Source: Dudresnaya verticillata (taxonomy: Eukaryota). From it: a DNA stretch of 64,000 nucleotides. Location: NCBI GenBank assembly GCA_977862235.1, contig OZ374564.1, forward strand, positions 310,001 to 374,000, in the 5' to 3' direction. Below are positions 18,292 to 30,823 of this stretch, piece after piece (position 1 is the first letter of the stretch; each line of letters opens with the position of its first letter). The position numbers and the translations under genes are program-made. Below the pieces are notes generated by a model. The model ran no database searches. It worked only from the letters and a program-made list of their open reading frames with translations, and had not been told where the DNA came from.

Positions 18292-21200
18292 AGAGCGGTG
18301 CGGACGGTGCTCGGTAGGCGGAGCGAGTGCTCCCGGAGCGAATGCGGAATTGTTGTCATGGCGAGATGGCCGTGGCGGCTCGCGTTTGCATGTCGCGAAT
18401 GTGTGAAGAGGATGGGCATGCGGCGCGCGCGTCCCGCGTTATGCCGAAACGAAGGCCGCGCCAAATGATTGACGGCGCATGCGCCGCCTCAGACGCCTGG
18501 GCGCGCGGTGTTTACGGACCTTTTGCGGCGCGCGATTTCTCGCGTTTCTCGGCTGCGCGCGCGGGTGGGATTAATCCAGCGCAGCCGGCAAAATGTGGCA
18601 ACGCTGCGCTTGTGCTGATAACACTGATTGCGGCGGCGGCGGCGGTGCTGAAAAAAGGCACCAGTCACCCGTGTGACTACCGCTGGGCGTACCACACTCG
18701 GGCATGAAAAAGAGCAACAAGTAAAACATGGGCACGCTCCAAGTGAGCAGGCCTTGTCCGCTTCGGTCGCGTTGCCTGCAAGGCAACTGTAAAACGCCCC
18801 CATCTGTTCCTCCGTTTCTACCGCACATTCACACGGCCGACCTCATATTTTGCACGTGTCACGTATTACGTCACAGATATGATGGTCCTTTGTGGTCGAC
18901 ACTTTGGTGCAGTTGTGAGAGAGCGCGATGATCGAACAATCGTCACGCGAAAAGCGGATCGCATTTAGATGACTTGCTCTGTAAATGTATATGCCTCCCA
19001 AAATATCAGCCTTTGGCTGACGCGGATATTTTCAGATTCTCATATCAGAATTCCTTTGCTCGATCGAATTTCCGCCCCAAGATCAGTCTGCCCAGTCGCC
19101 GCGAATGCAACCTCATTCCCAGTCCCACTGCCACCCCACCGCCCTCCGAAGCCGCCACCTGTCCGCAGATTCAATCCAGTTTCCGCCCCGCACCAAGCTG
19201 TTGCCCGCGCGCTGCCATCCCACGTTCTCCTGTGCCATTCCCCGCTCGCATCTCCACCACCACCACTACCACCACCATAACTACAATAACCAATACCACA
19301 CTGCAGTCTTCGAAGGCATCATGACAGCAGTCTTCGACGTCATCATGACCCGCAGCCCCGCTGCTACCACTTATCCAGCAAGTCCTTGCCGTTTTTAGTC
19401 TGCGTAAAAGAAACCGAAATTACCGCAAATTACCGCATTCGCATTTTTCGCCTCCACAACTTGTTCCCATTTGTCCGACAAGAATGTCGCACACAATCTC
19501 GCCACCATCCTGCGCCCACCTGCAGCATTTCCTCATCACCGGCTCTATCGCCCGAACACCGAGTGCCGTCATTTCTCGTCACATGCCATTACTACACCAC
19601 ACCGTCCTCTACGCAAAAGACACGACTGCCGTACTGCCTGTCATTATTTCTTCTCACTTACTGTACAACTGCAACAACCGTACACACCTCTAATCTTGCA
19701 CCTCTTACAGTACTACTGTACGCCTGCTGCTATATTGCAACGCTCAAATTCCTACCTCAGCTAACGCCCCACAATCCTGCCGTACCCCCACCCTGCTGAA
19801 TGCCCTTACCTCGCCGTCCTCCTCTCCTTGGCCTTACAAAGTCTTTATAAATTTCCTCGCTTCGCACATCTCTCCTATTAATCCTCACTCCCGATCCTCA
19901 TCTTGTCACGCCCTTTATGTTCCACTGCTCCAAACCTGTCTACCAATATAATAAATATACTCAACATCTCTTCCCGCCGAAGGAGCAGTCCTCCTGTCAT
20001 CATTCCCTGCTGTTTCCAGCCTCGTCGCAGCACCTTACCTGACTGTCTTGCTTGCGACATATAACTGTTACACTTACTTAAAAACCGTACGCTTTTATAT
20101 TACAGTTCTGAACAACAGTACACCGTGTCAAATTCTTGGTCATCCTTTAGATCCAAAGCAAAAGCCTTACGGAGAAAAGGCAAAAAAAGGATAGTATACG
20201 CCATCTTGATAAGCTCAATGCATATGCAATCGGCAACATCTGCTACACCTGTTCCTCAGACGCAGTAATTTTTTCAAGTGCGTTATCTGAGAAACTATCC
20301 CCATCACTTACGAATACTGCTGACGCTAGTCTTTTTATAATCAACGAGTGGTTACAACAAAAACTTCTTGCCTCTTTACGAAGACAAATTACCAGCTGTG
20401 TCACACCTGAGACCTAATAACATCAACTAACCTCTGGTTCTCGTACTTTCAAGCCCTTCTAACATTCTACGTTCTACGCATTGGCGCTTGGTCTGAGCAC
20501 ACTGCTGTTAAACAATTCTTCTCTTGTTCACAGCGGTATGTGACTTTTCGGGTAGCATCAGCCCTAAGACCTGCATTCGGTAAATAATCGGGCAGTAGCC
20601 CGTTTAGAATTACTGCCAACTGTAATATTAACCAGTTCGATAACTGCTCTTCTAATGTATCTGCGCCGGTGTAGCCGGCGACAGAGAGGAAAACGCTTGG
20701 CTAAGGAACGCAAGGAATCAACCTTCGCCCCTTTAATTGCAAGCAAACCCTACAGACAAATCAGTTCAAAACGTAGTATTTATCACACGGCACCGTATCA
20801 ATACTACACGTGATCCCAGAAAAAAATCGGGACAGCAAGCCAAGCTGTTAGGTCATTCGGTATTAGAGCAATTGTTTTTGGTACAATTATTACATTACTG
20901 CAGCCAGGGCATGAGGTGACACTGTCCCAAAGAATGACTTACAACAATAATACAATCGCTTCGTCCGTAAAAAGAAACGTTTTTCTGTTTTCTTTTATGT
21001 TATTACTTGTTCAAACATTTTTTTGGCGAAACAAGCGCCATTGCCAACTCCTGCTTTAAAACAGGACACAGTCTGGCCAAGGGTCTCTCTCCGGACTGAA
21101 ATAATTCTAAGGAAAGGATGGAGAAGGCGATATCCTAGGCAATGGTTATGGGTTTACTGCATCGTTTGGCTTCAATGTTGTCTCTCCCAACCGTTTAATG

Positions 21201-24200
21201 AATCCTTGCCCACAATCCTTTCCAGTAACTCGGAGACCGACATCAAGCCGTCGCCGCAGCAGAACAAGGATTGAGCAGTGATTATAGCAGTTGAGCACGG
21301 TTAGTCCGTGTTGAAGTGTTGCATGACCAGCGTGACGATTAGGGAAGCAGACGCCATCGTATAAAGAAAGTACTACACGTATCAGTAGCACGGTGCAATG
21401 TTAATCTTGTGTTAACTTGGAGTGGAAAGGACTGTCGCATGTCGGTTTCTCCTTACCCATGGCTGAGATCACTGACTCAAGAGTCTTGCTCATCACGGAC
21501 AGACCTGGTCACTTGAAATCCTCTATGATACAGGGCCTAGTAGTGATAATATAGACTCTTCCAACAAGTCAAGCTGTCTTCATGGATCTCGCGAAATGTG
21601 TGATCTGAATCTGAAGAGGATTTACACTTCTTTTCGCTACTGACCGTCAGAGGAAACGGCGGCAAGTCCATCTGATGCTTTAGGAGGACGCCGACAATTC
21701 GCTGACAATGGACCAGTGGACGACTCCTTTTGCAAGGGGAAAACCGCTTCGCGGAAGGTCAGGGAGGTATTGGGACAGTCGGGGCTTCCAATACCAGTGA
21801 GATGTGTTTGCTATTCAAACTTTGCATAGAAAAAAAATATCTGTCACATGATTATAGCTTTCGTCGATTATAATCTGCTGAGTGGAAGAGCAGATTGGCT
21901 GACGCCTGTCCCTTCAGGCGCAACTACTGTAATGTACTCGTTTGCCGACACATTGTTGCCCTCAAATATCAGGGAGCGCGGATTTGTGTTGTACGTGCTG
22001 CAGACACTTCGGCAAGTAGTCTCGTAGAACGGAGACTGCAATTCAAAATGTTGGAAGCAATGGAAGACGTTCTTGAGCTGGTGAGCATCATGCTCGGGAT
22101 CATCGTGGACGACATCCATGACAGCATTGCGTGCGATCTTTCTGTCGGCCCCACAAGAAAAGATAAGGCCTCGAATCTCGACAACCATATCACGCAAACA
22201 GCATGTAATTATGTGCTCTGCTGAGACTGCATCCCAACCGGTTTTGTCAGTGCTTTCGTCGTGACCCGGAAGGCCAATCTTTATTCCAACTATATTTGCA
22301 ATACAACTTCCTGCTTTCATGCAAAATCTTCCATATCTTGAGTTGCAACGAGCAACGCACGGTTAATAGATATTTCTATATGTAAGCCTTCAATGGAAAC
22401 CAAATCTTATGAGACAAGCTAACTATCGACTGGTTATCCGCACCCCAATCTATCTCGATGAGAAGCAGGCATGCGAGGCAAATGGTAATGCTAGTCCGTA
22501 TCGAGATGGGGATAGCATAGCGACTGCAGAACAACATGCTTAAGCCGATAATTTTGAGCACGTTATCGTTAGCAAACGAACAATAACAATTGCATCCAGA
22601 TCCCGTAGCGATCATTATCGAGGAAATGAGCTTTCCTCCGGCATTGCAACTTGTGAGTCAAAGAGCCATCTCAGCTCGAAAATGCCTATCTAGATATTCT
22701 TGAATGGAAGCGTTGCAATAAACTTGTATGTTTAAACTAAGCCCTGTCGCAGCCCCAGTGAGATAGATATTTCTTTTCGGTATCTCTTTCTGTATCTCTC
22801 TTACATTTTTTCTCATTTCTGCAGCACACTTTGTTCCTCGCTTTTGAGAGAAGGAACTCGGCGCAGATAGTGAATATGGAACATTCATATTATGCTGGAG
22901 TCCAGATTACTCCCGACCCCGGCCTACATTAAATTTCGCTCCGCAGGCCAGTAACAACTGCCGAGGTAGATCAATAAGTCCGTAAGACTTCCCTCTGTGC
23001 CAGCGACGCACCCCTTTCCACACATCTGCGTCTATCTCTTCCAGAATCAGCTCGCTCTCGTTTTGCACCTAAATATGTTGGCCGATGAAAGTTTAATGGA
23101 CACTGACAAAGTGCGTGAAGTGGGAGGGGTTTCTGTTTCCACAGCATGGGCACACTGCCTGGACACACTTCATATCTCGAGACGCAAACAAGTACGTGGA
23201 AACTTCAATCTAGTTGTCTCTTACGTTCGCATGCTTGAACGAACTTGTGAGGGAAATTTTCCAGGTCGCATTGTCGCAATATGTCCTTGAATGAATGCAT
23301 ATAAATTCCCTTACTGCACAGTGTGTTCTGTAACCATGTCTTTGCCAGTGATACCTTCTAATGACCGCAATGACATGGACCGTAGCCCGGGAAGCAATGC
23401 GAGACAACAGGAAAGCGAGTGTGCCTGCAGTAATCGTCAATACCGTGTGGTACTGTATAGAAGTTCTTAATGTTTAAGATTCGTACTCTTCCGAAGTGAA
23501 AAAGTGTTTCCATGGTGTGAACTGATTGCTTGAAGGCTTTCCCACTTCCACCAATTCAAGGTCCAGAAGTGTGTGCATGGCTTGGTTTATGAGTTTAGAC
23601 ACATATATGAATTGTGCAACGTGATCATATGGCCACATCGTATGATTGCAATGCGCAAATCATTGCACGAGATACGGCTTATGACAAAGTGCTTCCGGTC
23701 AATAGATGGCGTCAATAGATGGCTCCAGGGCCTGGGTGAAGGAGAAACATGCCACCATGGTCAGATTTAGTTAACCGAAGTTGCATTCGTTGACAAGGCT
23801 GGTCTGCTACAAATCTATGTAAGCAGGTGCGTATGACAGACCTGCCTAGACAATGCGGTCTGATTCCTTTATGGTTGCAGATAGGCGAAATGATATTCAT
23901 GGGAGACACCCCTGAATTGAAGCGTTGCAGTTCAGAGCCCAAATATGGTTGTCTGCACTTGCAGGACACTACAAAGTAGATGCCAAAATGTTTTCAGAGC
24001 GTGACCTTCAATGCGAAAGACATGATTCTAATCTGAAGGGAGATTGCTTGAGCAGACCAATGCCATTTAGCAGTGTAAGGCCATGGAAAGCAAAGTGATG
24101 TTGTGGTCAGGAGCGGGCCCTTTGCAGCTGGTTTGCAATGTGCGCCGTCTTCATTGGGTGCAATACGACTCATCCTGCAGCTTTTGCAACGGTTATTGCG

Positions 24201-25131
24201 GCACAAGGAAATATCTGTGTTGTACTCGGATTGCCGCAATGCCCGGCACTTCGAAGCAGAAAAGCGACAGGGCCCTAGGCTTGGTGACGAGTGGTGGCTC
24301 GGCTGGTTCGGCAATCACTTGCCAATACCTTACAGGACTGTGACGCTGTTCGCAATCGCTAGAATGGAAGATAATGTGATACTGTGACTCTATCAGTAGC
24401 GCTCGGGTGGCAAGGAGGGGTCTGAAAGGAGCAATTGGGAGGAGTACAGAGCGTCTAAAATTGTATTCCGGCCCTTCAGAAACAGATATCGGGTGATTAT
24501 TCAAGTTATCCGATCAAGAAGATGGGGTTTAACGTGATAGTGATCAAGATCAATCGCAACCAGTACTTGTAAGATTACTTTCTGCCGCAGCACCGGGCAG
24601 GCAGCGAGAATGTCTACCGCGCTGTGAATAGTTGGTAGGTACGCGTGGAGCACGCAAGAGCCGAAGTAGTCGGGTGGGAGCTGATGTGCGCTTGGTATTC
24701 GTGCGGGGGTGAATGCATGCCTTAAGAAGAATGAACAAGGAACAGGCCTTACGAGGTACGTGGCGACGTTACTGCGACATCGTGCGAGGGCTAACCGCGA
24801 TTTGGCAAGATGCATGTGGCAATTGCACAGCTCTGCAGCGCTTAGCTCTGAAGGCGGTGTGCTCCCCCGTAGCGACGAAGCGGCAGCGACGCGTGTCCAA
24901 TCATCTCACGATGACTGTCCGCAGAGTTGCTGTAAGCAATATACCCTCAGAGCTTACACCACATTCTCGCAGCGGAAAAATTGGAGTGGCTTCGTGATCG
25001 AATAGCTCCACCGCCACCAATCTGCTCGATCTCGTGCATCCTCCGCCGTGCATTTCTCAACCCCCGTCACAATTGCCACCAACACGTCCGGTCCCATCCG
25101 CCCACGCCAAGCCCGCCACCGCCCCGCGAAG

Positions 25132-26922
25132 ATGGACGCCGCCTTCGTCCCAGCCTCCACCACGCTGCATCTGCTGCGGCGGGCCACCCAGTCTCGAAGC
25201 AGACCCTTCTTGGGCCGTGCGTTGAGCACTCGGCACACGCCTGCACCCCGCCATCTGCGCTTTCTGCGAACCCCACGCGCATGCGCAGAGCCCCCGCTGC
25301 GCGGCACGCGCCCCGTCGTCACAACCCCGCTGTACTACGTCAATGCCGCCCCGCACATGGGCTCCGCATACCCCACCATCGCTGCCGACGCCCTCGCACG
25401 CTTTTATCGCATGGCCGGCGCACGCCCGGTCTTCGTCACCGGCACGGACGAGCATGGTGAGAAGATTGCTGCCGCTGCCCTCGCCGCGCTTGGAGAGGAT
25501 GAGTACGACGCTGGAAAAATCCAGACATTCTGCGACGGCGTCGCGAATGCTTTTGACAAGCTTTGGGAAAAGCTTGATATCCGGTACGACCGGTTTATCA
25601 GGACCACTGACGCGCGCCATGCCAAGGTTGTGAAGGAGTTTATGGAACGCGTTTGGGAAAGTGGCGATATTTATAAAAGTGTTTATGAGGGGCTCTATTG
25701 TACGGGATGCGAGGAGTACAAGGACGAGAAGGACCTTATAGAAGGCCACATTTGTCCCATCCATCAAAAGACCTGTTCGCATCGCAAGGAGGACAATTAC
25801 TTTTTTGCCCTGTCCAAATATCAGCAGCGACTTGAGGATTTCTTAGAGAGCAACCCTGGCTTTGTGCTTCCGCAAGAGCGACGGAACGAAGTGCTGGGCT
25901 GGGTCAAGAGCGGCGTGCGCGACTTTAGCGTAAGTCGAGCGAATAACCCATGGGGCATCCCTGTGCCTAGGGACGACGCGCAGACTATCTATGTCTGGTT
26001 CGATGCCCTACTCGGCTATATTAGTGCGCTACTAGAAGAGTCAGACGAACCGGACCTGGAAACTGCCATCTCTAAAGGTTGGCCTGCGGACGTTCACATC
26101 ATCGGAAAGGACATTTTGCGTTTCCATGCCGTTTACTGGCCTGCCATGCTTATGTCAGCCGGGCTGCCTTTGCCAAGTAGAGTAATTGGCCATGGCTTTA
26201 TCACGAAGGATGGTATGAAGATGGGGAAGAGTCTGGGAAATACCCTTGATCCCACAGCTTTGGTTGAGACGTACGGCAGCGATGCCGTACGTTACTATTT
26301 TTTGAAGGCTGTTGACTTTGGACGTGACGGTGACTTTTCGGAGCAACGTTTTGTGGAGGTCGTCAACGCAGACCTTGCGAATTCTTTGGGCAACTTGCTG
26401 AACAGATCCCTGAATCTTTTGAAGAAGAACTGTGGCGGAGTGTTACCTATCTCAGCTTCTGAACTTGGGCTTGGTGTGTCAGAGGAGGGTGAGGGCGAGC
26501 TGCGACAAGCGGCATCAATCGGTGTGGAACGGGCGTACAGGTGTTACCGGCATCTTGATTTTGTCGGAGCGTCTGAGGCAGTTATGGCCATATCGTATAC
26601 TGCAAATGCCTACATTGATCGAGTAGCACCTTGGACGAAGTTCAAATCAGATGATCCCGCCGATGTGGAGCTTGCGCGGCGTTGCATTGCAAACGTGCTT
26701 GAAGCTTCGAGGATCGTGGCAGCAGGACTGAGCCCGATTGTACCTGGTGTCTCTCGCAAGATTTACGAGGCATTAGGACTTGGCGATGAGTATGTTCTGG
26801 GGCTTGGTTGGGAGAAGGCAACACAGTGGGGCCAGCTTAGTGAAGGAATGGCCTTCAGCAAGCCTAAGCCGGTATTTCCTCGCCTGGAAATGGTTGTTAA
26901 CGAAGCTGTCGCGGTGTCATGA
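25132..26922 (+). CDS. metG: Methionyl-tRNA synthetase, organellar (plastid/mitochondrial) type
   Basis: TTPLYYVNAAPHMGSAY (HIGH-like), FVTGTDEHG, Zn knuckle CTGC..CPIH, YVWFDAL, IIGKDILRFH and KMGKS. N-terminal MDAAFV transit-peptide-like leader. Confidence 0.95.
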   Translation: MDAAFVPASTTLHLLRRATQSRSRPFLGRALSTRHTPAPRHLRFLRTPRACAEPPLRGTRPVVTTPLYYVNAAPHMGSAYPTIAADALARFYRMAGARPVFVTGTDEHGEKIAAAALAALGEDEYDAGKIQTFCDGVANAFDKLWEKLDIRYDRFIRTTDARHAKVVKEFMERVWESGDIYKSVYEGLYCTGCEEYKDEKDLIEGHICPIHQKTCSHRKEDNYFFALSKYQQRLEDFLESNPGFVLPQERRNEVLGWVKSGVRDFSVSRANNPWGIPVPRDDAQTIYVWFDALLGYISALLEESDEPDLETAISKGWPADVHIIGKDILRFHAVYWPAMLMSAGLPLPSRVIGHGFITKDGMKMGKSLGNTLDPTALVETYGSDAVRYYFLKAVDFGRDGDFSEQRFVEVVNADLANSLGNLLNRSLNLLKKNCGGVLPISASELGLGVSEEGEGELRQAASIGVERAYRCYRHLDFVGASEAVMAISYTANAYIDRVAPWTKFKSDDPADVELARRCIANVLEASRIVAAGLSPIVPGVSRKIYEALGLGDEYVLGLGWEKATQWGQLSEGMAFSKPKPVFPRLEMVVNEAVAVS

Positions 26923-27035
26923 AAGTACCCGCATGTTTGCAACGGAGGAGGCACGTCAGTTACCGAATTTGTGATCAGCTAGAACCAAGAGCAGATTCTA
27001 ACATGCCATCGGAAGCGTCACGTGAGTACCCTTTA

Positions 27036-29720
27036 TCATTCGTCGAAAGCTGATTCCAGGGCAGCTCCTAGTTCATCGCCTGATAGCACGCGGGCTTCAG
27101 GTTCTGATCCCCTATGAACCAAGTTGCTATGTGCTTCGATTTGGTCATCGAACGATTCTGGTTCTTTCCTTCTCCGTTTGCGAGGAAGAAACACCTCTCT
27201 ACTTGACACTCCATCCACCACCGTCTTACTTCGTTTCTTAAATAGCCTTGCTGCTTCCGTGTATCGCGATTCGACGGACTTTCTAAAGTCTACTGCGCTA
27301 GCAAATCCCTGGCTTGCTCTATCGCAGTAAGGAAGTTCTTGTTGTCGTTCAAAATATAAAGCCGAGTCATCCAGCCACCGCGTAGTGACAACGAAGGCCG
27401 ACCCATAGTGCATTGCTTCCTTGACCTTCTGTGTGTTGGCAGAGCGATGCTCAGATGCCACTACATGAGTAGTTCGCCCGTTTACAAAATCCATGGAGCA
27501 CATAGCGCCAAGTCGCAACGCAAGATTCCAAGCCGGCACCGTCGCTGGATTCGCACCTGTCGGAATCACCCCCGTGAAAGTAATGATACACCCGGATAAA
27601 ACCTTCTTCCTCATTTCCGATAGAATCTCTTTGACGTCTGCACGCGCTGGAAGATTCCCCCTGCTATTTCCGCTACGTGCGATGGACTCCACCCCAGTGA
27701 TTTTGGAAAGGCGAAAGAACTCTGTATGGCATTCTTCAAGAACTTCAGCAAGACGTATGAGATGGTTCTTTGACTTCGGAGCAGCGTCCAGTTCCCATCT
27801 TCGCTTAACTGAGTCCCGCAATCTCCGAAGAGCAGCATCGTCTAAGGTTGATGCTCCTCTGTCTGCACCATTTGTCATGCGCGAAGAGATATTGTTTCTG
27901 AGGATTTTCCTAGGATCAGCGACACCTCTTGAAGTTATCGACACAGCAGGCGTCTTCTCCGGCACAGCAGACGTCTTCTCCGGTACAGCAGACGTCTTCT
28001 CCAGCACAGCAGACGTCTTTTCCGGCTCTAGCGTCTTCTCCGGCTCTAGCTTCTCAGTAGTACTGGTTTTCTTGCCAACAACGGGCAGTTTCCGATGCCG
28101 GACTTCCTTGCTGTTCTCGGAAAACCCGTTCTTGTTTGTTGTACCGTCCACTGCATTCATGAAATGCCTCGTTTTCTCCTCAGCAGCCCTCTTCTTCTCC
28201 TCAAGGCCTTCGATTTTCTTCACAATAGCCTCTTCCTTACTCACAACATCCCTTCTGCCGTTGGTATCCTGATTTCTGGCTTTCGATACCGCTTTTTCGT
28301 TCTCAGGAGTCCTATTGCCAGAGAGGCCGTCATTTGCCGCGACAGCTGCGTCAATCCCTGCATGGCCCACTTTTGCATGCTCCCCTACCTTCCCTGCTGC
28401 CTCGCGCGTGTCTGTCTCTTTGCTCTCATTACCCAGCCTGTTGGACGTTGCCATGTTGCTTCCCTTCGAAAAATCCACCTTTCCCAAATCTCTCTTGCTT
28501 TCGTGTTGCTTTCCAGGGAGAAGGGCTGGCATGCTGGATCCTTCCCGTTGAAGTTCTGGTATCTTGGCTCTTGCTCGGCGTTTCCGATCTGAATGCGCAA
28601 TAGGATCAGTTGAGGGTTTGGCATTGCTATTCGGCAACTCACTTGTCGGTTTTGAACGCTCGTCATCACCGTTAACCTGCAACACAATGGGAGATGGAGG
28701 CAACTGTGCTTGCACATCAGCCGTCTGGGCGGGGGGAGTTTGTTCTTTGTCGTCAGTGTTGCGGTCGTAGCACTCGTGAAAGCCGTCCCAGAAGCAATAC
28801 GGGTCCGCTCGAATTAAGTTCGGCATGTGGCTTTGGTTCGTACCAGCAATCCAGACATCCTCCCTGTCGTCAACTATGACGGCCATAGAGTCATCACATG
28901 GAAACAGACGTTGTATACTCTTTTGATTGCATCGGCCTTCTGCAAAGTCTTCACGACTAGTGATGCGGCCACTGAAGAAGCGTTTATCCGGGTCAATGAG
29001 ATTGGCTACACGATCTGCGTACGGGCGACTTCCCATTGTGTAGATATGCAATTCAAACTTGGCGGCAACTCGAGAGAGAAACTCGGCCAAGTTTGGTCGC
29101 AACTTCAGAAACATGCGTGCAGGTGGTGCACGAGAATGCGGGTATGGAATCAAGTCAAAAACCGACAGAGACGACAAGTCACTATCCGGGGGCGAGTGTT
29201 GAAATACAGCGTTCGCTCGATGGTCATCGGTGGCATGGACGATCGTGTGGTCTAGGTCGAGGACTAGTGCAAGGCGCTTCGACTCGAAGAGGCGCCTCGC
29301 AGTTTTGGAGGACTCGGTCTCGGCCTCTGCTCTTGTCACGGAGAGCGAAGTGGCGTTGTAGGCGACGGGGAGCCGGGACTCCTCGCGCAAAGAGGTCTCA
29401 GCAAAATGTGGAGCTTCCGCCTCTTCGCCACAAACAGCGCAGACTCCCTTAAAGACTACAGAGTGCGGACAAAACTGGATCTGGCCAATGGCGGCGTTGG
29501 GGTTTTCTACTCGGTCGCCTTCGCGGACAGTGGGGGCCAGTAAGGTACCCTTGCGCGGGGCCTGAGCGTGGTCGACGGCACCCGAGGTTAGGGACTTGAG
29601 CACTGCGAGGCGCTGATTGCGATACACGGCTTTGCCGGGCTTGACCAGCCACTTTGTAAGGCGCCAACCGCCCGCGTCAGCCACGACGCGGAGCGGGAGG
29701 CGGACATTGGCATTCTGCAT
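27036..29720 (-). CDS. FCP1: RNA polymerase II CTD phosphatase FCP1 (FCPH + BRCT)
   Basis: LVLDLDHT catalytic motif, KLRP, FELHIYTMGSRPYA and VIVDDREDVW. C-terminal BRCT (LSGCIITFTG..TTHVVA..WLDDS). N-terminal lipoyl-like segment and CPH..CAVC. Confidence 0.93.
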   Translation of the reverse strand: MQNANVRLPLRVVADAGGWRLTKWLVKPGKAVYRNQRLAVLKSLTSGAVDHAQAPRKGTLLAPTVREGDRVENPNAAIGQIQFCPHSVVFKGVCAVCGEEAEAPHFAETSLREESRLPVAYNATSLSVTRAEAETESSKTARRLFESKRLALVLDLDHTIVHATDDHRANAVFQHSPPDSDLSSLSVFDLIPYPHSRAPPARMFLKLRPNLAEFLSRVAAKFELHIYTMGSRPYADRVANLIDPDKRFFSGRITSREDFAEGRCNQKSIQRLFPCDDSMAVIVDDREDVWIAGTNQSHMPNLIRADPYCFWDGFHECYDRNTDDKEQTPPAQTADVQAQLPPSPIVLQVNGDDERSKPTSELPNSNAKPSTDPIAHSDRKRRARAKIPELQREGSSMPALLPGKQHESKRDLGKVDFSKGSNMATSNRLGNESKETDTREAAGKVGEHAKVGHAGIDAAVAANDGLSGNRTPENEKAVSKARNQDTNGRRDVVSKEEAIVKKIEGLEEKKRAAEEKTRHFMNAVDGTTNKNGFSENSKEVRHRKLPVVGKKTSTTEKLEPEKTLEPEKTSAVLEKTSAVPEKTSAVPEKTPAVSITSRGVADPRKILRNNISSRMTNGADRGASTLDDAALRRLRDSVKRRWELDAAPKSKNHLIRLAEVLEECHTEFFRLSKITGVESIARSGNSRGNLPARADVKEILSEMRKKVLSGCIITFTGVIPTGANPATVPAWNLALRLGAMCSMDFVNGRTTHVVASEHRSANTQKVKEAMHYGSAFVVTTRWLDDSALYFERQQELPYCDRASQGFASAVDFRKSVESRYTEAARLFKKRSKTVVDGVSSREVFLPRKRRRKEPESFDDQIEAHSNLVHRGSEPEARVLSGDELGAALESAFDE
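27942..28055. repeat. Coding minisatellite in FCP1 (21-bp and 18-bp units encoding PEKTSAV / LEPEKT)
   Basis: Four near-identical copies of acagcagacgtcttctccgg-like units plus two shorter units. Confidence 0.85.
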
Positions 29721-30823
29721 TCTGCGGGCGGGTCGGATATGCTCAGGGAGCAATGGCGCTCCCCTTCAGGCGGGAAGCGCCTTGGCGAGTTGCGCAGCTT
29801 CGAGGACGACGACCTGACGGTTGACGACGCAACGTTTGACGCGGCAGGCGGGAAGGCGTTGGTGCAGTGAGGTCAAGAGTTGGGTGGAGTGTTTGCAAAG
29901 GTCTGCAGTGCACGACGGTCGGTGGGAAGGCGCCAGCACAGCGGTGACGGTTCAGCTTTGAAGGGGCCTGCCAATCTGGTGCCTTTGAATGTGGAGTCGC
30001 AGCGGCCAGCGACGGCCAGCGACGGCGGAAATTCCCAATTTTTGATTGTTTGAGACGATTTCAAAGGGCCTCTCTGCGACTTTCTCTGCCTCCCTCTCCT
30101 GCTGAGCTATCGCGGCCTTTCCGCACCAGACATGAACCCACCCGTTTCTCGCCTTCCATTACGCAGCCTCACTCCACAGCCATTCACCTTCCTGATCACT
30201 TCTAGCCTGGAACAGGTCCTCCGCCACATCATTCTGCTGGCTTTCCCCACCTTCCTGAAAACGGCAAACCACATAGAGAAAGAGAACCGTACGAGCCGTA
30301 CGAAGATTGAGCACAAGCGTCCCTTTCTAACCAGTGGCTCGCAGTTGCTGCCCGTGTTGCAGGGTTGCACCCTGTTTCATGTCAAGTCCGCAAACACGTC
30401 CGTCTCAGAGCAATATCGCAAGCCGCTGATGGAACTTCGCTGCCATAAAAGTCTTTTGCGAATCACAACTGACTCTCAGGAAGTCTTTCAACACCCCTGA
30501 AATTTTGGCTAGCGCTCCGTGGGCTGTCACCTGCGACACGGGTTGCGGTCAGCTTATCCCAGACTGGTCAGAGAGATCCAGTGAAATTTCTAGCTGCGAA
30601 GCGTTGCACACCTTTTGCTAGCTTTACCAAAACCGTGTTTGTCTCTTATACCTCACCCCCCTATTTGCAGTGAACAACCTCCTGGCACAACCTTACTTTC
30701 CGCCGGAAAGATTGATTCCACTCCCGTTACGTAACCCGTACAGCGAAACAGGGTGCTACGCGAAGGATTCTCACCCAGTAAGCCTATCGCCTGAAGTCGC
30801 AAGCTGAGACAGCGTATTCTGTT

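Noticed and set aside
21895..22224. SWIM-like C..CRH peptide suggesting a MULE transposase
   Set aside because: The spacing is imperfect and no DDE domain or TIRs are visible; a translated search would be needed.
22692..23929. 26-bp similarity (21/26) between 22692-22717 and 23904-23929 as possible LTR ends
   Set aside because: The similarity does not extend into the flanks; no TG..CA ends or primer-binding site.
30132..30500. 122-aa plus-strand ORF divergent from FCP1
   Set aside because: No recognisable homology or supported splice model.
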